The notes under the pieces were generated by a model. The model ran no database searches. It was not told where the DNA came from and saw nothing but the letters and a program-made list of their open reading frames with translations. A stretch of 64,000 nucleotides of DNA from Polyangiales bacterium (GTDB lineage: Bacteria > Myxococcota_A > Polyangia > Polyangiales > CBDCBC01), in the NCBI GenBank assembly GCA_965214225.1, contig OZ243942.1, positions 712,298-776,297 on the forward strand. The letters run 5' to 3'. Below, one piece after another: positions 36,851-45,056 of this stretch. The translations under genes were made by a program, and so were the position numbers. Position 1 is the stretch's first letter. Every line of letters begins with the position of its first letter.

Positions 36851-37267
36851 TTGAGCTACGTCAGCTCTGAAAAGCGCGCTGAACTTGAAGCTCGTCTGCT
36901 ACGGCTTGGCGTCAGGGAGGAGGAGCTCAGCGAGAAGTTTATCCGGGGAGGGGGACCGGGAGGGCAAAAGATCAACAAAACCTCAGTAGCCGTTCAACTG
37001 ATCCACCTTCCGACTAAAACGGAGGTGCGAGTGCAAAGCTCACGCTCCCAAGCGACCAACCGCTTCCTTGCGAGGCGCCGTCTAGCGGAGCTTTTAGAAG
37101 CTGAGAAAGAGGAGCACCTTAGCAAGCAAGCTAGGGAGCGCGCTAAACTGCGGAAGCAGAAAAGAAGGCGCAGCAAGCGCGCCAAAGACAAAGTCATTCA
37201 AGCTAAGAAGCAAGTAGGAGAGAAAAAGCGGCTAAGGCAGAAGGTGAACAAGCATGGTGACGACTAA
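36851..37267 (+). CDS. RF-1 domain (GGQ motif) peptidyl-tRNA-hydrolase-like protein
   Basis: GGPGGQKINKTSVAVQL GGQ motif with a basic C-terminal tail (KLRKQKRRRSKRAKDK). 138 aa. TTG start. The 3' end overlaps the ligD start by 14 nt. Confidence 0.8.
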   Translation: MSYVSSEKRAELEARLLRLGVREEELSEKFIRGGGPGGQKINKTSVAVQLIHLPTKTEVRVQSSRSQATNRFLARRRLAELLEAEKEEHLSKQARERAKLRKQKRRRSKRAKDKVIQAKKQVGEKKRLRQKVNKHGDD

Positions 37268-39803
37268 AACAGTCTACGAGGCCAAACGTAAGCCTACCAA
37301 AACCCGCGAGCCCTTTGCCGCCGAGCGCTCGAACGCGACTCAGCGCGTCGGTGCATTCGTTGTTCATCTGCACGCCGCGCGTCGGCGGCACTACGACTTG
37401 AGGATCGAGCATCGCGGCACGTTGCTCAGTTTCGCAGTGCCAAAGGGCCCCAGCATCAACCCCAAAGACAAGAGGCTTGCAGTACAAACGGAGGACCATC
37501 CGCTCGAGTACCTCCACTTTGAAGACGTCATCCCGGAAGGCAACTACGGCGCAGGCGCCATGATAGTCTGGGATCAGGGGCAGATAGAGTATCTCAACGA
37601 TCCAGATGAAGGCGAGACAGCAGGCAAGCTTGACTTCAACCTGTGGGGCTACAAGCTACGCGGCCACTTCGCCCTCGTAAAGATGAAGCAGCAGGACGCT
37701 GCCCAACCTCAGTGGTTGCTGCTCAAGAAAAAGGATGCGTTCGCTTCAGATGCGCACGGATTCTTGGATCGTCACCCGCAAAGCATTCTCTCAGGTCTAA
37801 CGGTGGAAGAACGCGCGGATCCGTCTCTTCGGCTCGCCCCAGTGAGCAAGAAACTGGATGGAATTGTCGAGAAATCGCCGTTAGCAAGCCTCGGTCGGTG
37901 GAAGCCCATGCTGTGCCGACGGGAGCGACACGTCGCCCTTACGCAAGAGGGCTGGCTCTACGAGCTCAAGCTCGATGGTGTGCGGATCATTGCGTGGAAG
38001 CACGAAGAGACCGTGTCTCTAGCCTACCGGAGCGGACGCTCCGCAGATCGGGACTTCCCCGAGGTGCGCCGCGCGCTTGCAGCTTGGCCTTTTCGCCAGA
38101 TCAAGCTCGACGGAGAGATTGTTGCTTTCGACGAAGAAGGCAGACCGAACTTTGAGCTGCTGGCCGGGCGTCTGCACCACTCGGCAGCTGAGCGCTCAGA
38201 CAAGCGACCGAGTTTCTCCGTGACTTATATGCTCTTTGACCTTGTGGCGCTGAGTGATTTCGATCTGTGCAAGGTCCCACTTCAGCAACGTAAAGAACTG
38301 CTCTCGATGATCGCTCCGCGGAACGGACCTTGCCGCTACCTTGAGCACCTAGCAGACGACGGAGCACCTTTACATGCCTTCAGCGTGGAGCATCACCTTG
38401 AGGGAATCGTCGTAAAGAAGGCAAGCTCCGCATACCGCCCGGGCAAGCGCACCGATGAGTGGATCAAGGTCAAGCGAGAGCGCGAAGACCTCTTCGTAGT
38501 CGTAGGCTACACCTTCGGAACAGGCACGCGTGCAAGCCTCGGTGCCCTCGACCTCGCGTCGTTCCGCGCCGGCTCGTGGGTCGCTCGAGGCAAGGTAGGA
38601 AGCGGTCTCACGGAGTCTTCCATCCACACCCTACGGAGTTCACTCACAGAACTCGATGACGAAGACCTTCCACTTGAAGGTGCGCTGTCTCCTGCACCTG
38701 GCGGTCGCACGATGTGCAAACCCGAGTGCGTGGTCCGAGTCCGCTACCACGGCTTCACATCCGATGGACGGCTTCGCTTCCCTGTGTTTGTTGCGCTCGA
38801 ACCGAACGTGCGTCCAGAGGACTGCCAAGCGGCTCCTCACGCATCGATGTCTCCCACAGCATCAATGTCCCCCACAGCATCAGTGCTTCCCACAGAGCTT
38901 CCGTTGGAGCGGCCACGCGTTTCGAAGGTTACCAATGCCGACAAGGTCTTTTTCCCGCTCATTAACCTCACGAAAGGAGACCTATACCGCTACTACGAAG
39001 CTATCGCACCAACCATCCTCACTTACATAAGCGGACGACCCTTAGCCGTGGTGCGCTATCCCGACGGCATAGACGGGAAAAGCTTCTATCAATGGAGAGC
39101 GCCTCAAGGAGCGCCCTGCTCGGTTCAGCAAGTGGCGCTTCCGCTAAGGGAGGGCAAATCGTCGCGCACCCACGCCTTCCTTATCGACAGCTCGGAAGGG
39201 CTCTTGCACTTGATCAACCTGGGCGCGATTCCCTTGCACATCATGGCTTGCCAAGTTCCGAACTTGGAGGTGTGTGACTTCCTCACGATCGACTTGGATC
39301 CAGGAGACGCCACATGGGCCGAGACCATTGAGTTGGCACGGTGCGCGCATGAGTTACTGGAGGAAGTCGAGCTTCCAAGCTTCCCGAAAACTTCAGGCAA
39401 GGAGGGGCTGCACATCCTTGTCCCGCTCGGCGCCGACGTTCCCTTTGGCGCCGCACGTCAGCTCTGCGACTTACTCGGCCACCTCCTGGTTGAGCGAAAG
39501 CCACACATCGCGACGCGCGAGCACCGCATCGCTAAACGCGGGAAGAAAGTATACGTCGACACCGGGCAAGTCGGGCCCGTGCGAACGATTGTCAGCCCCT
39601 ACTCCGTCCGGGCAACGCCCCACGCCACGGTCTCAACCCCTCTTTTTTGGAGAGAGGTATCCTTGGCCATGCAACCTCAGCAGTTTACCATTCTGAGTGT
39701 GCCAGAAAGAGTGCACGAAGTGGGGGATCCAATGGCCGGCTTGCAAGGTGCGTCCTTGGACCTGCGCGAGAAGCTCCGCTCGTTACAGACTCTGATCAGC
39801 TGA
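37254..39803 (+). CDS. ligD: multidomain ATP-dependent DNA ligase LigD (phosphoesterase-ligase-polymerase)
   Basis: PE domain FVVHLHAARRRHYDLRIE. Ligase adenylation motif YELKLDGVR. C-terminal Pol/primase domain (TNADKVFFP...GRPLAVVRYPDGIDGKSFYQ). 849 aa. Confidence 0.93.
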   Translation: MVTTKTVYEAKRKPTKTREPFAAERSNATQRVGAFVVHLHAARRRHYDLRIEHRGTLLSFAVPKGPSINPKDKRLAVQTEDHPLEYLHFEDVIPEGNYGAGAMIVWDQGQIEYLNDPDEGETAGKLDFNLWGYKLRGHFALVKMKQQDAAQPQWLLLKKKDAFASDAHGFLDRHPQSILSGLTVEERADPSLRLAPVSKKLDGIVEKSPLASLGRWKPMLCRRERHVALTQEGWLYELKLDGVRIIAWKHEETVSLAYRSGRSADRDFPEVRRALAAWPFRQIKLDGEIVAFDEEGRPNFELLAGRLHHSAAERSDKRPSFSVTYMLFDLVALSDFDLCKVPLQQRKELLSMIAPRNGPCRYLEHLADDGAPLHAFSVEHHLEGIVVKKASSAYRPGKRTDEWIKVKREREDLFVVVGYTFGTGTRASLGALDLASFRAGSWVARGKVGSGLTESSIHTLRSSLTELDDEDLPLEGALSPAPGGRTMCKPECVVRVRYHGFTSDGRLRFPVFVALEPNVRPEDCQAAPHASMSPTASMSPTASVLPTELPLERPRVSKVTNADKVFFPLINLTKGDLYRYYEAIAPTILTYISGRPLAVVRYPDGIDGKSFYQWRAPQGAPCSVQQVALPLREGKSSRTHAFLIDSSEGLLHLINLGAIPLHIMACQVPNLEVCDFLTIDLDPGDATWAETIELARCAHELLEEVELPSFPKTSGKEGLHILVPLGADVPFGAARQLCDLLGHLLVERKPHIATREHRIAKRGKKVYVDTGQVGPVRTIVSPYSVRATPHATVSTPLFWREVSLAMQPQQFTILSVPERVHEVGDPMAGLQGASLDLREKLRSLQTLIS

Positions 39804-39837
39804 ATGCCCCGTGCTGATCCGTCGAGTCCGAACCAAG

Positions 39838-40013
39838 GTAACCGGTCAGTCCCTGGTTAGTCGGTTTTCGAGGAGGTTGTGCATTCGAGTGCGCCCGCAG
39901 AACCCCACCGGAGCGCACTCAAGTGCGCGAGGATGGGGTTTGAGGACGTAAACCGAATGCACAGCCTCCTCGGGAAGCGTCCTTTCCCGGTCGGAAAGCC
40001 ACTGACCAGTTAC
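39838..40013 (+). mobile_element. MITE copy C (176 bp)
   Basis: TIRs are gtaaccggtcagt and actgaccagttac. A perfect 9-bp TSD CGAACCAAG lies at 39829-39837 and 40014-40022. Collinear with copy B over its full length. Confidence 0.9.
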
Positions 40014-40106
40014 CGAACCAAGAGCTCAGCTAGGTAGTGCCTCCCGAGGTCATCGAGATCCACCGAGGCATCTAAAACGTCGAAACGCTGACTGGGACGC
40101 CTTGCG

Positions 40107-40709
40107 CTACCTCTTCTGCAACACGACCGAAAAGTTGTTCGCCGGCATTGGCACCGTGCAGACGTGAACGAAGCCGCGCCGCCTTGCTTCTTGAAGAACC
40201 TCCGTCAGGTCCCGCAGCCCCCACCGAGGATCACGCTCTCGCAGCATCGCGTCGAACGCACGGTTGCTTTCGCTGGTGGGGCTCCCGTTGATCAGGTAGG
40301 GCCCGTACATAAAGAGAAATCCGCCGGGCGAGACGCATGTCGCTGCACCGTCAAGTAAGCCTAAGGCACACGACCACGGACTGATATGCAGCATGTTGAT
40401 GTTGAGGAGCAGCTCCACCTGCTCTTCGGGCCACGGTCCTTTTCGCACGTCAAGCAGGATTGGCGCGTGGATGTTCGGCAGCGCTGCTTTCTCCACACGT
40501 GCCGTGATGCTCCGCACGCTTGACTCATCCGCGTCACTCGAGCGCCACATCACATCCGGAAACTGCGAAGCAAGGTGCACGATGTGCTGACCTGTGCCTC
40601 CTGCTACCTCAAAAGCTAAACCGGTTTTGGGAAGGTACTGGCGCAGAACGCGAACGATGGGTTCTTTATTGCGTTCAGCAGCTGGTGCATGCTGGATGTC
40701 GGCGTCCAT
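40107..40709 (-). CDS. DUF938-type class I SAM-dependent methyltransferase
   Basis: AAERNKEPI, LEVAGGTGQH and NMLHISPW patterns typical of DUF938. Start set at ATG 40709 (MDADIQH); ATG 40724 is also possible. Confidence 0.7.
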   Translation of the reverse strand: MDADIQHAPAAERNKEPIVRVLRQYLPKTGLAFEVAGGTGQHIVHLASQFPDVMWRSSDADESSVRSITARVEKAALPNIHAPILLDVRKGPWPEEQVELLLNINMLHISPWSCALGLLDGAATCVSPGGFLFMYGPYLINGSPTSESNRAFDAMLRERDPRWGLRDLTEVLQEARRRGFVHVCTVPMPANNFSVVLQKR

Positions 40710-40918
40710 GCATCTTTCTTGCATCGGGTTCGATGTAGACGCAACAGAGCCCGCGCAGCGGGTCAGCGGCCAGACTCCTAACATTCCCCACATTCTCTGC
40801 TCTACATGGTCCATGGGGTGCCGAGAGCTATGCATCCACTGACACCCGCTACGCGGCCTGTCGACAGCTCGCAAAGAGAGAGCTAGATTTAGAACGAAGA
40901 GAGAGCTAGATTCAGAAC

Positions 40919-41755
40919 ATGCCGAACTCGTACGCTCTACGCCATCGGGCCCTCTTAGGTTTCCCAATCTCCTTTCTGCTGAGTTGCAGCGTTGCCTTGG
41001 TCTTGTTCGTGGGCCTCACAGCCCAAGCGCAGGGCACACCCACTCCTGCTCCACCATCAGTTGCAGGGCAGCCTTCAGGCGCTCCTCCAGCAGACACTGC
41101 TGCAGCTCCGTCAGCATCTACACCTGAGACGCGTCCCTCTCCCCGTCCGACAGCGCCGCCGCCTCCCCCACCGCTCCCCCCGGTTTCGACCTACGACGCT
41201 GAAAACCCTCCCACGGTCGACTACGGACCTTGGGAGCCTGAACCTTGGGGGCAAGCCTCTTTGATATTCGGCATCCCCATCTGGTTGAGCGGCGTCGGCG
41301 ATGCGGTGTCACCTGGTTTTAGCATCGGCGGACGCTTCGGCTGGCGCCTCGAGGACATTATTCCCGAGATCAACACCGGCTACATGATCAACTGGTTTGA
41401 TGATGAGTTTCGTGACCGGGGCACCCTCAGTAACTGGTGGCTCGGCTTTGGCATGCGATGGCAGCCACAAACGTACAGCCGCTTTTCCCCCTACGCGGGC
41501 GGAGGGGTGCAGCTCAACTTTTGGCATGTCAGTGGCGATGAGGTCTACGCCTGCGATTTCTACTACTGCAACAGCTACAACAACTACCGCTTCGCTCCAG
41601 GATTTACCGCCACTGCGGGCATCGACATTGAACTGCATCCTGCGATTGCGCTTGAGCTAGGTGGCCTGTTCGGCCTCACCTTCCCTGGCACCCTGTTTGA
41701 GAGTACCCAGACGTGGATAAGCCCGCAGTTCGGCATCACCGGCCACTTTTACTAG
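40919..41755 (+). CDS. outer-membrane beta-barrel-like protein with Pro-rich N-terminal region
   Basis: Signal peptide (ISFLLSCSVALVLFVGLTAQAQG), a Pro/Ala-rich linker, then beta-strand pattern ending in ...GITGHFY. Confidence 0.6.
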   Translation: MPNSYALRHRALLGFPISFLLSCSVALVLFVGLTAQAQGTPTPAPPSVAGQPSGAPPADTAAAPSASTPETRPSPRPTAPPPPPPLPPVSTYDAENPPTVDYGPWEPEPWGQASLIFGIPIWLSGVGDAVSPGFSIGGRFGWRLEDIIPEINTGYMINWFDDEFRDRGTLSNWWLGFGMRWQPQTYSRFSPYAGGGVQLNFWHVSGDEVYACDFYYCNSYNNYRFAPGFTATAGIDIELHPAIALELGGLFGLTFPGTLFESTQTWISPQFGITGHFY

Positions 41756-42027
41756 AGGCCTTCACCTCGCAACCGGGGCGGCAAGCGCCCTACGCCTCAG
41801 CTCCTTGAGAGCGAACTTCCGCGCGTCGCTCGCGACTCTGGCCCCGCGCTGCTGGCGGCGCAAGCGCTGCTGTCACGCGCTTCCACATCACCCCTCGCAT
41901 ATAACCCCCCACATGTCACCCGGGCACTTTAGACTGCTGCGTACCGCGCTTGGCCTTCCGCAAAATACGGCCTAGCCTCCGCAGAGCGTGACCCTGGGTC
42001 TGACACTGCGTTACTTGAAAGAGCATC

Positions 42028-43092
42028 ATGTTAGTTGAGAGAGCATCGCCCGGTGGCGCAACCAACCGTCTCGCGCACTTCGCCGGGTTCACAACCCTCT
42101 TTACAGTCGCGGTGATCCTCTGGGGCGCCTTTGTGCGAGCCACCTTGTCAGGCGACGGATGTGGCGACAGCTGGCCCGACTGTGGGGGCCACATCGGACC
42201 GTCTTCAAGCCAAACATCCACACGGATCGAATGGGTTCATCGGCTTACGTCGGGCTTGGACCTGCTGCTCATCGCAGCCCTCTTCGTTTGGGTTCGCGTG
42301 AAGGTGCCGCGAGCGCAGAATCCTGCCGCTCGCCGCTGTGCGGCGCTCAGCCTCGCTCTCATCGTTGTGGAAGCGCTCTTGGGAGCAGGGCTCGTCCTGC
42401 TGCGGCTGGTGGCGCTCAATCCTGCACCTGCACGCGTTGTGTGGGTCTCGGTGCACCTTCTCAACACGTTCCTGCTGCTGGGCGCTCTGACACTCACAGC
42501 CTACCACCTGCATCACCGTGCCAGGCCGATCATCGACATGACGCCGCGCTCACGCAAGACACCACGCCGCTACCTCGTGGCACTAGCGGCCGTGCTGGTC
42601 GTGGCTATCACTGGAGCCGTGACAGCTCTGGCTGACACACTCTTTCCCTCTCCAGGTGGTTTACGTGAGATTATGCAAGGCTCCAAGCCGTGGCTTGTGC
42701 GGCTGCGCGTGATCCATCCGGCACTCGCTACGGCAGTGACGACCTACCTGTTCATCCTGATGCGGAAGACGCTGCGTGAAGAGGATGGAACGTCCACATT
42801 CCGCGCCGCCCACGTTGGCGTGCTCACCCTGGTCGTGCTGCAGATGACGGTGGGTGTGTTGAATATCGTCACCCAAACACCCGTTGCCCTTCAACTAACG
42901 CACTTGGCGCTGGCGGATGCTCTTTGGGTTGCGCTCACTCTCTGCGCGGTAACGGCCTCTGAGAGTCCCAACGTGCTGAGCGCAGCGTACGCTTTCAGCA
43001 CTCCTAGCCGCGGCAGAACGCCACTGGGATCGCAGGAATGCAACGACGCGAGCTACGCTCAAAGCGGTTCCCGGTCCGACTCGCGTCCTTAA
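42028..43092 (+). CDS. ctaA: COX15/CtaA family heme A synthase-like membrane protein
   Basis: About 8 TM helices with conserved His-bearing helices (HRLTSGL, VHLLNTFLL, IHPALAT, THLALADALW) and an extracytoplasmic Cys pair (GDGCGDSWPDCGG). Confidence 0.65.
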   Translation: MLVERASPGGATNRLAHFAGFTTLFTVAVILWGAFVRATLSGDGCGDSWPDCGGHIGPSSSQTSTRIEWVHRLTSGLDLLLIAALFVWVRVKVPRAQNPAARRCAALSLALIVVEALLGAGLVLLRLVALNPAPARVVWVSVHLLNTFLLLGALTLTAYHLHHRARPIIDMTPRSRKTPRRYLVALAAVLVVAITGAVTALADTLFPSPGGLREIMQGSKPWLVRLRVIHPALATAVTTYLFILMRKTLREEDGTSTFRAAHVGVLTLVVLQMTVGVLNIVTQTPVALQLTHLALADALWVALTLCAVTASESPNVLSAAYAFSTPSRGRTPLGSQECNDASYAQSGSRSDSRP

Positions 43093-43181
43093 GCACCGAA
43101 GCGCGCTCCCAGTGGTCGCTACGGGTAAGCCTTTACCGGGGCTCTAGGAGGGGGGCTCTGCGCAGACCTTTCGTCGCTTCA

Positions 43182-43229
43182 TTGCTGCGATGCTGGGGTA
43201 CGGTGTTGCTGCGATGCTGGTGCACGGTG
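43182..43229. repeat. 24-bp tandem repeat x2 (ttgctgcgatgctggggtacggtg)
   Basis: Two adjacent units read directly (22/24 identical), ~90 nt downstream of the ctaA stop. Confidence 0.9.
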
Positions 43230-43423
43230 CAGAATACCCCCAAGAGCCGCGGGCTTGGATAGATGAACCGTGCCAAGCCCACTAAGCCGCAAAAAGATCA
43301 GCATAATTCTGAACTTCCGAAGATTCACCAATCTAGCCCTTGAGAAATGCACATGCAGGTCGTTGGGGCATGCCTCGCCCGATCAACAGAGTTCGGGGGT
43401 GGTGTCGAGGTTGACATCGTGGC

Positions 43424-44926
43424 ATGAGGAGGTATGGTCTGACCATGGATGCTAAAATGGGCTCTCTGCATCTGCAGAACTCTGTGCAAGGGGAGCAGAA
43501 CACTGTGCAAGGGGATTCGCCAGTTGCTCTGGGTGGTGCGGCACGCACAAGTGTGTGGCGTCGCCTCGCTCTTGCAGCGGCACTCGCCGCGGGTTCGGCT
43601 GAAGCCACGCCTGGGCAAGCGCAGGCGAATGTCCGCTACGGTACACGTTCTCCTGTCGTCAGCCCCAATCCGAATGATCCGCAGTTTGGCGGCACCGTGG
43701 TGGTGGCAGGACCCTATATCGCTGAGGTCTTGCTGAGGCCTAACGGCTGGCTTGAAGCGTTCGTGGCGCGTCGAGCTAGTTTGGCTCGCCTGCCGAAAGA
43801 TCTCGAGCTGAAGCTAACGGTTCAGACAACTCGGAGAAAGTCGCAGGAAGTGCAGCTTAACTGGGACCCTCTCCGTCGCGTGTTCGCTGGAGCGCTATCT
43901 GGTGGCGACAAACCCACACGAGGGGCTGTTTCTATGACGCTCAAGGCGAGTGGGAAAAGCTACCGTGGTGCCAATAAGGATGCTGCGGTGGTGCCTGCCG
44001 GGCACCTCGGCGGGGTCGTTGTAGCTGCAGGGAGCCATACGCTCGAGATCCGTCCGCACCGCAACGGCTTTATCGAGGTCATCCCGCGCACAAGTGGCGT
44101 GTCGGCCAAGCACTACGAGGCGTTGAAGCTCACCCTCGGCGTGCGCGGACGGAACGGGCAACCCTACGTGGTTCAAACGCGGTGGCATCAAGGCCGCGCG
44201 CGCTTCGTCGGAAGAACGCCTCTCGGTATACGTCTGAGCTCGGGTCCACTCGACCTCTCGCTTCACCAGAACGGCAAGGTTTATCGAGGGGGCATGCACG
44301 AGGTCGCGGCCATTCCTCGCGCCGAGCTGGGTGGTTCCGTGATGATTAGCGGCAATCATACGGTGGAGGTACGACGAGCAGGTGGCCGGCGCATTGAAGC
44401 CATTGTGCTCGATCGGAAGGGACACGAGCCGGCGCACCACAAGATCCAGCTCATCATGAATGTAGTCGATACAGACGGCAGCTCGCACCCAATCCCGATG
44501 ATGTGGGATACGCGCGGCGACGTGTATGCGGGCTACATCTACATCGAGCCTGAGCGTGTCGTTCGGCTCACCAGCCGAGTCAGGACGGGCGACATGGTCA
44601 AAGCCGAACCTTTCGGACCCATGCTTTCGTGGGTTGGCTCAACGCGTTTTTCCTTTCCTTCTTCGCGTCGGATTCACGCCGAACATGGTCGATCAGACAG
44701 AGCGCGAGGACGCGCCCAAGCTCGCAGCGGCATTCGACCGCCACAGCGAAATCGCAGCGAGTGGGACTCCCATCCCGGCGGGCAAACCACGCGAGCGGTC
44801 ACGCCGGTAAGCCATCAAGCTCCTCAGGCGCCAAGCTCCGCGGGAGCAGGTTACGGCAGTGCTATTCAAGCAGGTGGTGGTGGTCGCGGAGACATGAGCT
44901 CTGGTCTCGCACCAGGCATCGACTGA
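43424..44926 (+). CDS. hypothetical secreted protein with three ~105-aa internal repeat modules
   Basis: Signal-like LALAAALAAGSAEA. The module core recurs three times (GGTVVVAGPYIAEVLLRPNGWLEAFV / GGVVVAAGSHTLEIRPHRNGFIEVIP / GGSVMISGNHTVEVRRAGGRRIEAIVL). The start codon is uncertain. Confidence 0.55.
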   Translation: MRRYGLTMDAKMGSLHLQNSVQGEQNTVQGDSPVALGGAARTSVWRRLALAAALAAGSAEATPGQAQANVRYGTRSPVVSPNPNDPQFGGTVVVAGPYIAEVLLRPNGWLEAFVARRASLARLPKDLELKLTVQTTRRKSQEVQLNWDPLRRVFAGALSGGDKPTRGAVSMTLKASGKSYRGANKDAAVVPAGHLGGVVVAAGSHTLEIRPHRNGFIEVIPRTSGVSAKHYEALKLTLGVRGRNGQPYVVQTRWHQGRARFVGRTPLGIRLSSGPLDLSLHQNGKVYRGGMHEVAAIPRAELGGSVMISGNHTVEVRRAGGRRIEAIVLDRKGHEPAHHKIQLIMNVVDTDGSSHPIPMMWDTRGDVYAGYIYIEPERVVRLTSRVRTGDMVKAEPFGPMLSWVGSTRFSFPSSRRIHAEHGRSDRARGRAQARSGIRPPQRNRSEWDSHPGGQTTRAVTPVSHQAPQAPSSAGAGYGSAIQAGGGGRGDMSSGLAPGID

Positions 44927-45056
44927 CGGTTCTCCTTGCGTCTGACGAGCTCAGGGCAGGCATTCAGGACCCTTAGAGGCGGTAGCTAGCCACCGGGGTT
45001 GAAGCGCGACGGCGTCGACGAATGCGCAGGCGACTCGCGACCAAGCACATGCTCCA

